This document shows, in pieces, positions 12,693-23,729 of a DNA stretch of 64,000 nucleotides. The notes beneath the pieces were generated by a model. The model had not been told where the DNA came from and ran no database searches. It saw only the letters and a program-made list of their open reading frames with translations. The translations under genes and the position numbers were made by a program. The DNA is taken from NCBI GenBank assembly GCA_043228905.1, contig JBHGNT010000003.1, forward strand, positions 558,001 through 622,000. The letters run 5' to 3'. Each line of letters begins with the position of its first letter. Position 1 is the first letter of the stretch. The stretch is from Azolla caroliniana (Eukaryota; Plantae; Polypodiophyta).

Positions 12693-13283
12693 AGATGCAC
12701 GGAGCGAGAAGGAGAGATAATGAACATAACACTTGATTTCAATAACAAGAGATTACAATAACAAGAGAATACAAGAGGTTAGAAGAGAATACGACTCTGA
12801 CGGTTACAACTGGCAAGGCGGCGATGGACCCGACACGGGGATCCTACTCACACACACAGACAACACTCGTTCGACTCCCAGAAACAAAACAAAAGGGGGA
12901 GAGCCTCTGTTGGAAGCGCACGGGCTATCCACGAAGCAGAGGCAGCGAACTCCCAACCCACAGAGACCGACGACCCGAGGAGAAGAGAGAGCTCGGCACT
13001 CAAATCTCCAGCAGCACTTCATCCTCCCTAGCGCGCAATCCCCTTCTCTCCCCTCTCTCTTCTCCTTTTATAGTTCCCATCCCCTTGTCAAATCACTTTA
13101 TTCCTTGTCCCTCCTATCAAAGATATGCACAATCCCCTAATAAATGTGTACTACTTAGTATTTACATCCACCGGTCCATTTATGAATCGTGTACAAAATA
13201 TCAATTCACGCGTCCATCCGTGTAAGAGCTTGTTCATGCGCTTTTCTCTCCGATTCCGCCTATGCCCGGATTTCTTCACGACA
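10478..13283 (-). mobile_element. 3'-truncated Ty3/gypsy element (5' LTR, tRNA-Trp PBS, gag, CCHC, protease)
   Basis: LTR 12578-13283 (TGTCGC..CACGACA). gag ORF 11771-12532; CMWCDVIGHIRMDC knuckle; protease ALIDHGSEIN..VILGEP in ORF 10357-11259. Sits against CCGG inside the 3' LTR of element 3. Confidence 0.88.
12556..12573 (-). promoter_or_regulatory. Primer binding site complementary to the tRNA-Trp 3' end
   Basis: Plus strand TTCACGTCGGGTTCACCA matches the 3' end of plant cytosolic tRNA-Trp as I recall it; lies 4 nt from the LTR. Confidence 0.85.
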
Positions 13284-16200
13284 CCGGTTACTGCTTGATT
13301 CAACTAACCAATTCACCAATCCGGCTCATCCTTCTAAATGCCGATCTGGCTCAGGCTTATTCAGTCGATCCGAATCCAGTTGAGCTTGCCGCTCAACACT
13401 CCCCCTCAAGCTCAAATTGAGGTCGGATTGTACTATCAGTCTCTATGGCAACCGATCCTTCCACTTGGCTCCTTATGGCGTCACTCCGTCTCGCTCGCGC
13501 TCCTCGTCTGGTCCAGTCCCGTTTGTCGCGACCCTTCTGTTTCTGCGCATCTCGACCTCCTCGGTCGGCTTGTCTGTTCAACAAGCCCAAATCAGCTCCC
13601 TCGCTGCTATGACTTCGGCGCTTGTCGACCCACCGATTACTTCGTGTTGGTGTCGACTTTTGCTGCCGTCTCGTCCACTTGGCCTTGAATTGATCCGATT
13701 CTTCCGAATCCGTCTATTGAACCGAATCAGTTGTCTTCGATTCGTTCAACCCTTGTCTGAATCGGCTGCTCCCGATTCGTCTTCCGGTTCCAGGCCCTTC
13801 ACCACATTGGACCATGTCCGGGTCTTGGCCTTCTTCTTCCGGTCGGCTCTATCCTTCTTGACTCTGTCGTCGCTGCTACTTGTTCCGACTTGTTCGGATG
13901 TGTTAGCTTCCTTTGTCGACTCGGCTCTTTCTTCTTCTTGTCTCCCCCTTTGTCGGTTCTTCCCTCACCGGCACAATTGACAATCTCTTTGCCTTTACCC
14001 TTTCCGGTGTCTTTGCCCGTTCTCCCCCTCAAGTGCGGCACGTCGAGATGTTGAACACCGAGCATTTCGGTAAAGTGCTGCAACTTGTCCGATCCGAGCG
14101 GTTTGGTGAAGATGTCGGCAACTTGCCGATCCATATGAACATACCGAAGTTCTACTTCACCGCTCAGGACGCAGTCACGCACGAAGTGATAGTGCACTTC
14201 TATGTGCTTTATGCGAGCATGGAATACGGGGTTCTTGGCGACCTGCATGCTGCTCATATTGTCGCAGTAAATCAGGATCGGGGTCGGTACCTCGATCCGT
14301 AGGTCTTCAAGTAGTTGTCAAAGCCAAATGGCTTCACAGGTGGCGTGGCGATGGTAGCGCCCCGATACTCAACCTCAGTGCTCGACAGAGCCACTGTTGG
14401 CTGCTTTTGCTGCCCCACGCAACAGCCACGCTACCAAGGGAAAACATATAGCCGGAAGTGGAACGGCGATCTGATGCATCGCCGGTCCAGTCGGCATCCG
14501 TGTAGCCGACTAGCTCTTCGGTCATACCTCGCCAGTATAACAGTCCCCGGTCCTTCGTGCTGCTCATATACCGTAGTATTCGGTGTGCGCACTGAAGATG
14601 CTTGACGGTCGGCTTCTGCATGAATTGACTAATCACACCGACTGGATAGCCAATGTCAGGTCGGGTGATGGTCAAATATATAAGGCTTCCGACAATTTGT
14701 CGGAACCGTTTCTCATCGCAGGCTGGTCCAGAGTCAGGACGAAGCTTCTAGTTCCGGTCTAGGGGTGGGGAGATTGGTCGGCATTCCGTCATGCCGAACT
14801 TGTACAACATATTCAACACATAGTGTCTTTGTGAGAGCAATATGTCGTCGGGGTTACGAATCACCTCGATCCCAAGGAAATAGTGAAGGTCCCCCAGATC
14901 CTTCATCTCAAATGTGTTTGACAGCTGGGACTTGACTCGGTTGATTTCATCGAGTTCGGGTCCGGTGATGACTAGATCATCAACATACAGCAAGATGCAA
15001 ACCGGACCGTCCGAACCTTGCCAGATGAACAATGAAGAGTCGGACTTGGAGGCCACAAACCCCATCTTACGCAACCGGTGCGTAATCTTCACATTCCAAG
15101 CTCGAGGGGCTTGCTTCAGGCCATAAAGTGACTTCTTTAGCCGGCATACAACCGACTTGTTCATCTCCGACTGAAAACCGGGGGCCTGAGTCATAAAGAC
15201 TTCCTCATCAAGATCACCTTGAAGAAACGCATTCTTCACATCCATCTGGTGAAGATGCCACCCCCTTGCCGCTGCAACCGCCAGTACCACACGAACCGTC
15301 GTCATCTTCGCAACTGGAGCGAAGGTTTCGTCATAGTCGACTCCGTGGGTCTGTGCGTATCCCTTTGCCACTAATCAGGCCTTGTACCGGTTAACTGAAC
15401 CGTTAGTGTTGTACTTCACCTTGTACACCCACTTGCATCCGATCGGTTTATAATGACAGGGAGGGTCAACCAGGTCCCATGTCTCGTTGGCATGAAGTGC
15501 CCGCATCTCTTCTTCCATAGCGGCACGCCAATGTGTGTCCTTTGCCACTTCCGCGTAGCTCTCCGGCTCACGCACTTCCGCCACCTTGGACATGTACGCA
15601 TAGTGATGCGCCATGTACTCATTGTACCCATACCGCTTAACAGGTTCCTTCTGGCGGGTTGACCGGCGTAACCCACCGTTACCCGGTTTGAGGCCCTTCT
15701 TGGCCGGTTCGGTCTTCGGTGTCGAAGAACCGTCATTTTCTTTTCCAAAGTCGGATCCGCTTTGATCCGACTTATCATTACCAGTTTCATAATCCAGCAT
15801 CTTCTTCTTCCCCATCTCTTTGCGCGTGAACCGTCTCCTCGGTTCCTTGCGCAGCGAGAGCACGAAGCACGACAGAGTCTTCACTACTCGTCGGTTCCTC
15901 TTCTGACTGATCGGATTGACCCAGTCTCTCGTTCGGCCCACTCAACCGAAACGATTCCGGACTCTCTTCTTGAGTCCTGGATTCATCATCTTCTATCTGG
16001 ACCGGTTCAGGCTCACTAGCCTCATCCTCTGGTGTCGGGTCGGGGTCGGAAGTCGGAGCAGGTAAGGCATACCATGATGCCGTCTCATCAAACTCCACAT
16101 CGCGGCTAACTCGGACCTGTTTCGTCCGGGGGTTATAACACTTATACCCCTTTTGCTCATGTGAGTAGCCGACGAGGATGCACTTCTCTGATTTTGCATC

Positions 16201-19200
16201 CAGCTTCCTCCGCTTCTCATCGGGTACATGCACATATGCAATGCTACCGAATATCCAAAGGTGTCTCAAATTCGGCTTGCGCCCGAAATACAGCTCATGC
16301 ACGGACACCTTGTCACCGATCCGGTTTTGGATGTAGACGGTCGTCCGGACCGCCTCCGCCCAGTAGAAATGGGGCATGCTCTTCTCTTCTAGCATTTCCC
16401 TTGCCGCGTCGACAAGCGATCGGTTCTTCCTTTCGGCCACACCGTTTTGCTCCGGTGTGTATTTGCAATTGAACTCTATCCAAATTCCTGTTTGCTGCAG
16501 ATAACTGTTGAATTGGCCGGAAAAATATTATTTTCCACCATCTGACCGTAGGCAATTGATCTTCCTCTCTAATTCCCGTTCCACCATGCTTTGGAGGTTC
16601 CGGAAATAGTCGAAGACTTCGCTCTTTTGCTCAATGAGGTAGATCCATGTGTGCCGGCTATAGTCGTTGATGAAGGAGACGAAGTATCGACTCCCGCCAA
16701 GACTGACGTTCTATGCCGGTCCCCATACATCCGAATGAATAAGGTTGAGCTTGTTACGGCTACGGTTTGTTGAGAAGCAAGCTCAACATGGTATGTGATG
16801 CTTATGAGAAATAAGCTATAGTAGCTATTTAGCTACTAGTGAACAAAAAGGTAAAACAGCTATTTAGCTAGTGACAGCTAATTAGCTAGTGAACAACTAT
16901 TTAGCGACTGACAGCTAATTAGCTACGGGCAGCTAATTAGCTGCATGTGTAATAACTTATGACTTAGGTAAAAGTAAGAGAGAGTGAATAGGAAGTAGTA
17001 AGAAAGAACAGAGAATAGTGAGCAGAGAACTCTGAGAGAGAGTGAGAGACCAGAAGACTGACGAGAGCAAGTTGAGCTCTACATGTAATAGAAGAAAACC
17101 ATTTTGCTACTACAGAGGTAAGTCCCCTTTCCTTTCTCTGTCTGTTTAGAGCACGCTAACGATCCAGCACACTACGATCCGCCGCGCATACAAAAGAAGA
17201 GCCCGAGTGCCTTCTTCACGTTTTCTTAACACGGTTTTGTTCGGTGGGGAATGGAAGCCGGTGTTGCTTCCCGAGTTGGCAGGCTTCACATACTTGGGCC
17301 TTCCGGCCACTGAACTTCGGCAAACTAAAAACAACTTATTTCGTTTGCAGGTCTTGAAGCCTCCGGTAATTGACGTGGCCAATCCGCTTGTGCCAAAGAT
17401 CGATGTCCGATTCAATCTTCTGTCCTTTGGCGAAAAAAGTGGTGCCGATGTCATTGGTGTCGAGGATGAACATCATCCCGTCTCTACGCCCTTGCGCAAT
17501 AATCTGGCCCTCCTCCTCGATGAAGCACCCGAGGTGCGTAAACCGCACCTGCATTCCCTGGTCGATGATCTGTCCGACTGACACCAGGTTCTTCGTGATA
17601 ATCAGAACGTGTAATACGTTCATCAGCTTCCCCTTCTGTCCGACGTGGCTCAAAGGGACTTCACCAATATGCATGATTGGGTCAGGAGTGTCGTCTCCGG
17701 TTTCGACAACTCCTGGTTGTTCCGGTTTCTCCACGAAGGAGAACCACTCTTTGTGGTTCGTCATCTGATTTGATCCACCGGAATCAGCGTACCACACTTC
17801 CTCCGATTTGGAAGTGGTCTTCTTCATCGAATTTGCCTCGTGCTTCATCACCAAGGTTGGCCCCTTACCGGTCTTCCCGGTTCTGGATCCTTTCGATCCT
17901 TGCGCGTAGTGCGAGCTTTGCCGGTTCTCCCGACCAGTTTTGCCGGATCTAGATCTGTCCGAATCAGGGCAGCACTCGTTTTCTCTGTGGCCCTTTTTGC
18001 CATAGTACTAGCATTCTATGGCAGATTTGTCTTGCCGGCCTCCAGCACCACCTTGACTCCCCCTGCTTGTGGAAGTCCTGGAACTGTTGTCGGCACGTTC
18101 TCTGTGCCTTCTTTCTTGCTCTTGCCGGCCGCCTCCAGTGTGTGCCGACCTGCCTCGTCCACCACGCCCACAGGGCCGATTCGCCTCCGTGTACAGCGTC
18201 CGGTTGTAGGTGGGTGCACTTGTTGACGCACCGGCGTGGTTCTCCTCTACAAGGAGCATCGACTCTAAGTCGGAAAATGACAGTGCATTCTCCCTCGTAC
18301 ATATTGCTGTCCGGAAAGCTCGAAACTTAGACGCCAGGCCCCCAAGACAGACCTGTACCATCTCGTCTTCCTCTATTGTGACGTTGATAGAGGCAAGCGA
18401 GTCACATATCTCTTTGATTCGGGCCGTGTAATCAGCCACGTCGGACATTGCTCAACTCCTGTCGGAGTTGCAGCTTTTGGGCTGTACTGCTTGCGGCGAA
18501 CACCTTCTTCAGGTTTCCCCAAGCCTTTTTCGGCTTCTAGACTTCGACACTGGACGCAAAGCAGCACATCACTCTGCTTGTCGATTGTTCCCACACCGAG
18601 AAGTCCTTGTGTGCCGCATCAGGTGTTGTGTCATTAGCTCCGTCGACATAGCTCCAGTAACCATGCCCAAGCAGGTACTGGTGCATCTTGTATGACCGAG
18701 ATACGTAGTTGGATCTGTCGAGCTTCTCCACCGGGAGCGAGCTAGCCATTCCTCTATCCATTTGTTTTTCTTTTTTGTTCTTTACAAAGGTTAGGTTTTC
18801 TTCTTGCGAAAGCGAATGTCGGCTGCAGAGGTTCTCAACCCTTGCGCTCTGATACCATGTAGAACCAAATAGCGTGTGGAAGCAATAGAAAACAGAAAAA
18901 CAGAAAACAGGTTTAATGGAGAGCTTAACAATACGCGGGAGAGACAGAGAGAGAGCACACAGAAACTCAATTCAAAAATATTAATCAGTCTATACATCGT
19001 ATGTGTTCAGTGAACACTTTTATACAAGTCCATCCGAACTAACAGAAGTATGGTGTACTTCAATGCTCACACGAGCGTCTGTCACTAACTACAAGATATT
19101 AACTCCCTAGTAGACTAGCTGCTACTTGGCTTCCGGTTACTGCTAGATTCAGCTAACCGGCTCACCGATACGGCTCATCCTTCCGAATGCCGATCCGGCT

Positions 19201-19247
19201 CAGGCTTATTCAGCCGATCCGGATCCGGTTGAGCTTGCCGCTCAACA
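13284..19247 (-). mobile_element. Ty1/copia element 3, inserted in the integrase of element 2; 3' LTR partly lost
   Basis: 5' LTR 18858-19247; Met PBS 18846-18857; 3' LTR remnant 13284-13398; PPT 13399-13411. gag-PR-INT-RT-RH order with frameshifts (ORFs 18008-18448, 17336-17854, 15787-16440, 14748-15371 LLYVDDL, 14334-14675, 13799-14257). Confidence 0.92.
16768..17231 (+). mobile_element. Solo LTR (copia-related) inserted antisense in the integrase of element 3
   Basis: TGTTGAG...CTTAACA; 5-bp TSD CGGTT (16763-16767, 17232-17236). Starts with the same TGTTGAG..CAAGCTCAAC motif as the other copia LTRs. Confidence 0.9.
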
Positions 19248-19859
19248 CCAATGCTACTTCGAGGATGTGCCGATTCTTGTGTTCGGCTACACCGTTCTGT
19301 TGTGGTGTGTGTCGACAAGTGAATTCTCGTTGAATTCCTTCTGGTCGAAGGTATGTCGTGAACGCATCGTAGAAGTATTCCTTTCCTCCGTCTGACCGAA
19401 GACATCGTACATGGCAGTCGATTGTCTTTTTGACTTTGCTTTTGAATTTTTTGAAGTGTGAAAACACTTCGCTCTTCATCCTCATGTAAAGATCCATGTG
19501 TATCTAGAGAAGTCGTCGATGAAGGTAACATAGTTACACCGACATCCTGCGAATGTGGCCGTTTGTGCCGGTCCCCACACATCCAAGTGGACTACGTCCA
19601 ATAGGCCTTTGCTCATGTTCCTCTTTTTTAAGATGGCTTAAAGTGTGCGGCACTTCATCGGGGGTTGTTTGGGGTGGACTCAAGTTTAGATATTATTTGT
19701 ATGTCTAAACATAAGTAGTGATATAGTTTTAGAAGAATAGAAAAGTGAGGGCGTGGGTGGGGGTTAGGGGAGTGTAGCTTGTTGAAGTTATCAAAAGTAT
19801 TTAAACCTAATCAAAGTTTTTAGAACATATTAAAGATCATTGGGATAACTTAAGTTATT

Positions 19860-20480
19860 AGACACCAATAAAGTACTATTAAAACACCAATATCGAGTAT
19901 TATTAAAACGGGACCACACGCTTAGATGAACGGGAGTTGTTTAAACACGCGCTTAAGCAAACACTTAAAAGAAAGATTATTATAAAAAAAATAAAAATAA
20001 AAATAGAAAAGAGAGATTGAGATTAAAAAATGATTATGGTTAAGAAGGGATTATGATTAAGGGGGAAGGGGTTGCTAAACAAAGTACTTAAACGAATGTT
20101 TAAACAAATATTTAGATAAGAAAACACTTGGGCAAACACTTAACGCAAGGTTATAATTAAAAGAGAAGGGAGGGATTATGGTTAAAGAAAAGGGGTCATG
20201 GTTGAGAAGAGAATGATTATGATTAAGAGAGGAGAATACTTAAACAAATGTTTAAACAAAAAGTTAAACCTAAAAATGATTGAACAAGTACTTAAAAAAA
20301 AGGGGTTAAACAAGTACGTAATAAAAATGATTATTAAACAAGTACTTAATAGAAAATGATTAAATAAATACTTAAAAACTTAAGACAAAAAAATTTGATA
20401 AAAAAGTGATTAAACAAGTACTTAATAAAAATTTATTAAATAAGTACTTAAGAACTTGAGACAAAAAATTAGATAAGAGC
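19860..20480. repeat. Degenerate AT-rich repeat array in the PLE 3' region
   Basis: Recurrent TTAAACAAGTACTTAA, AAACACTTAA and GGGATTATG(A/G)TTAA units. Confidence 0.7.
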
Positions 20481-20522
20481 AACACATAGAAGGAAAGAAA
20501 GTTTTACTATCATAAGGCAACG

Positions 20523-20568
20523 ATCGGCAAATGCATTTCACCTCGATGGAGGCTCTTCAGTGCCCGAT
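20523..20568 (-). ncRNA. Minimal type-I hammerhead ribozyme
   Basis: AUCGGGCA-CUGAAGA-GCCUC(CAUC)GAGGU-GAAA-UGCA-UU-UGCCGAU: stem I, CUGANGA core, stem II, GAAA, 1-bp stem III with palindromic UGCA loop, UH cleavage site. Confidence 0.82.
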
Positions 20569-20730
20569 ATACAAATGATGAAAAACTAAGCCTACTAGGT
20601 TGCTCTTTTTATAGGGAGAGGGAGGAGAGTCCTTTGTATGTGGGACATACAAAAGTGTGTACAAAGAGAAGGTAAAAGAGTGTACAAAGGACTTTAGGTG
20701 GGGTTAAGAGGGGTGAGAGTACATAAAACA

Positions 20731-21153
20731 TTAGGTGGGGGGAAAGGATGCGTGTACTAGGTGGTTTCTTAGTTTTTTACCATTTAACCAACACGTGAGA
20801 GGGGGTGTAAGGGAACTGTATTGTGGTTTTCCTAGAAGGGGTTTAAGTTTGTTTCTCACGAGCGCTCCGATTTGGAGTTTTTTGATACATGGGGAGTAAC
20901 GAAGCTTAAAAACAATGGGTGGAGGTTTTTTGTTGTTGGGTTGGTTAGAGAGTAGTTGGTTTCGTATGGAGTAGGGGACGGTCGAAAAACACTTGAGTAG
21001 GAACTTCGATGGGTAGCCCCTAGCTCTTGGGCGGTCTTAGCCATTTTTCGAGCTCTCCCGGATAGCATACCGTTTTAGTTCTCCCGTGATGAAGCCCTTT
21101 TTGTGTGTTATGGGGTGCGAGGATTTCCACGGGAGGTACATGTAGGCATTGAG
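20731..21153 (-). pseudogene. C-terminal (thumb) fragment of a PLE reverse transcriptase
   Basis: Manual translation: LNAYMYLPWKSSHPITHKKGFITGELKRYAIRESSKNG*DRPRARGYPSKFLLKCFSTVPYSIRNQLL...IVFKLRYSP...CWLNGKKLRNHLVHASFPPT*. The YLP..S.HP, GFI.GEL.RY, RARGYP and L..HLV motifs are typical of PLE RTs. Confidence 0.8.
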
Positions 21154-22784
21154 AGGTACATGTAGGTACACTTCGCTCTTCATCCTCGTGTAAAGATCCA
21201 TGTGTATCTAGAGAAGTCGTCGATGAAGGTAACATAGTTACACCGACATCCTGCGAATGTGGCCGTTTGTGCCGGTCCCTACACATCCAAGTGGACTACG
21301 TCCAATAGGCCTTTGCTCATGTTCCTCTCCTTCGGGAACGGGTGCCGATGTTGCTTGTCGAATTGCCATGCTCCGCATACTCCTTCAATCTCTTTCTCTT
21401 TGAACGTCGGAAGTCCAATGATGACTCCTTTCGATTGTATCGCGTTGAGTTTGTTGAGATTGATATGGCCGATTCTTTTATGCCATAGCTCTATGTTAGT
21501 GTCAGCTTTGAGGCCCTTTGCAAACATGGCCGATCTTACCTCGTTCGATTCGAGGATAAACAATCGGCCTTCCTTCTCGATGAAGCAACCACCTTGGTTG
21601 AATCGAACTTGGATCCCTTACTCCACAATTTGGTTGACCGAGACCAAATTCTTCATTATGGTGGGTACATGCAAGACATTTTTTATACAAGTTTGTTCAC
21701 CTTCTTTCCTGAATGGGACATTGCCGACATGCCGAATCGGATGAGTGGTGTCATCTCCGGTTTCAACATAGTCGGGTCAATCCGGCTCTCGTAAGTCTTG
21801 GAACCATTCTTGATGAGACATCATATGGTTCGAAGCACCATAGTCTATGAACCATACATCTTCTAGACCAAAGGCACTAGTCGACGTAGAGGCCGACATA
21901 GAATTTGCTCTATGGCTCATCACGAACATTCCGCCATGGTCGTCATAGTCATAATTTGTGGCGTAGTTAGTTAGTTGTCGGCTTGTGGAAGCCGGCTTGC
22001 ACTTCTTCTTTCGGCACTCTTCTTCATGGTGGCCGATTTTGTCGCAATATCTAAATTCAGTCGAAGTTTGTCAGCTTACACCAGAATGGAAACTCCCCCT
22101 TCTTCTGAAGGTTCCTCTCAGGTTTCCAACGTCTTGTCGATAATGGGAGTTGTTTTCATAGGTCGGAGCTCGTTCGCCTCGTCCTTGGCCGAATCGGCCT
22201 CTTGCTCGGTTGCGTCCTCTTCTTCCAGTCGAATGTGTGTAGAGCATGTGGCCTTCCGAGGCATTGCTCTTAGTTCGAACATGATTTTCTTCAACCAATA
22301 GCATTGATTGAAGATCGAAGAAACAGGGAGGATTCTCCCTTGCTAGAACATCAGTTCTCATCGTGCCGAACCGTGGTGCGAGGCTGTCGAGACATATTTG
22401 CACCATCTCGTCATCATCCACATTAACGCTTATTGAACCGAGCGAGTCACAAAGCTCCTTGATCTTCAACGTGTAGCTCGTGATGGATATGTCCCGTTGT
22501 TGGATGTTGTTCAACTATTGGCGGAGTTGAAGCTTTCGTGTCGTCGTATTGGCGGCGAATATCTTCTTAAGATTCTCCCATGCTTCCTTCGGTGTCTCGA
22601 CTTCTCGAATGTAGCCGAGTATGTGGTCATGAAAACATGTCCAAGCAATACATTACTCAACTCGCCGCTTGCTCCCATGTTGAGTAGTCGGTGTCCTTTG
22701 GGTCGTGTCGATTTTCTTGTGCTCCTTTGATGTAGCTCCAATAGCCTTGGCCGACAAGGTATTGGTGCATCTTGTACTCCCAAG

Positions 22785-23162
22785 CATAGTTGTTAAAAAA
22801 CGCGTATTCTACGTTTAGAGTACGTTTTAGAATACTCTGAAGTATTCTACATGTATTCTACGTTCTAAAACTGTCGTTTTTTAAAATTTGACATATTCTA
22901 CGTATTCTAAAAATTTGACGTATTCTACGTATTTAACAAGTATTTATCATTTCAAAAAATATTTTCTTTTTTCTGAAAAAAAAACTTACAATTTAAGAAG
23001 TATTTTACGTATGTTACAAGTATTCTACACGTATTCTAAGTATTTAACGTATTTAACGTACTTTATCTATAAAATACGTATTTTAAGTATTTTTAAAAAA
23101 AAGTTAGAATACTTAGAATACGTATTGTACATGTATTTTATGCTAAGTATTTTACAACAATG
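22785..23162. mobile_element. hAT-type MITE in gag of element 2
   Basis: 8-bp TSD CTCCCAAG (22777-22784, 23163-23170). Imperfect TIRs CATAGTTGTTAAAA / TTTTACAACAATG. Repeated TATTCTACG-type subterminal motifs; no coding capacity. Confidence 0.88.
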
Positions 23163-23364
23163 CTCCCAAGATGCAAAGTTGCTTCTATCCAACTTCTCGC
23201 TAGGGAGAGCACTTCCCATTGAGTATTCATTCTTTTCCTTCTCTCTCGAGCACGAGCTATGTAGTCGCACTACGATAACGACGAGTCGGTTCTTATTGAA
23301 CGTCGGCGTAGAGCACAACACACACGAATGGGCTAGATCGAACTACCAAACCGCTCTGATACCA

Positions 23365-23724
23365 TGTAAAGAATCGATGGTGATTATGTGCAACAGAATA
23401 GGTTAGAGATGTATGTTGTGTGTTTGAGGAGAGGAGAGGAGAGAGACACAAGATAGATCGAGAAAATGTATATTACAAAGGAGATTAACCGGTTATTATA
23501 AAGTAGGAGGAGGGTGCTTTATGTAGTCACCCTCTCTCTTCATTAATTACCGAAGCTCATCGGTCATTGGGAATGTGGAAACTCATTGGTTATGTGTCAT
23601 AGAATATGATTCTATGACACATAGTTAATGCTACAAAAGTAGTGGTGACTTTTGACCTTTGAGTGTTCATATACTCTCAAAGGTGTGTTCACACACTAGA
23701 CTAGGTTGAGGTTGATTCTCAACA
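23365..23724 (-). repeat. 5' LTR of copia element 2
   Basis: Followed by Met PBS on the minus strand; repeat of 6826-7187. Confidence 0.93.
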
Positions 23725-23729
23725 GTTCT

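Larger units (their letters stand above)
19625..21167 (-). mobile_element. 5'-truncated Penelope-like retroelement (PLE)
   Basis: Contains PLE RT C-terminal peptide, minimal hammerhead ribozyme and short A tail. Flanked by a 161-bp direct duplication of host integrase (19464-19624, 21168-21328). Confidence 0.82.
6826..23724 (-). mobile_element. Ty1/copia LTR retrotransposon (element 2), inflated to 16.9 kb by nested insertions
   Basis: LTRs 6826-7187 and 23365-23724. TSD GTTCT at 6821-6825 and 23725-23729. Met PBS 23354-23364; PPT 7188-7200. gag from 23220, protease ~21850, integrase 21560-21168 and 19624-19248, RT 9600-8570 (ILYVDDL), RNaseH 8560-8261 and 7583-7275 (HTKHIEVHYHF). Confidence 0.93.

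Noticed and set aside
19632-19665. Possible second hammerhead at the PLE 3' end (CCGAUGA-AGUG-loop-CACU-UUAA, minus)
   Set aside because: Core deviates (CCGA for CUGA, UUAA for GAAA) and there is no convincing stem I; at most a relic.
20260-20460. CRISPR-like repeat-spacer pattern
   Set aside because: Eukaryotic context, irregular units, non-unique short spacers and no cas genes.
22888-23406. 172-aa ORF
   Set aside because: Crosses MITE, antisense gag, PBS and LTR; non-ATG start and low complexity.
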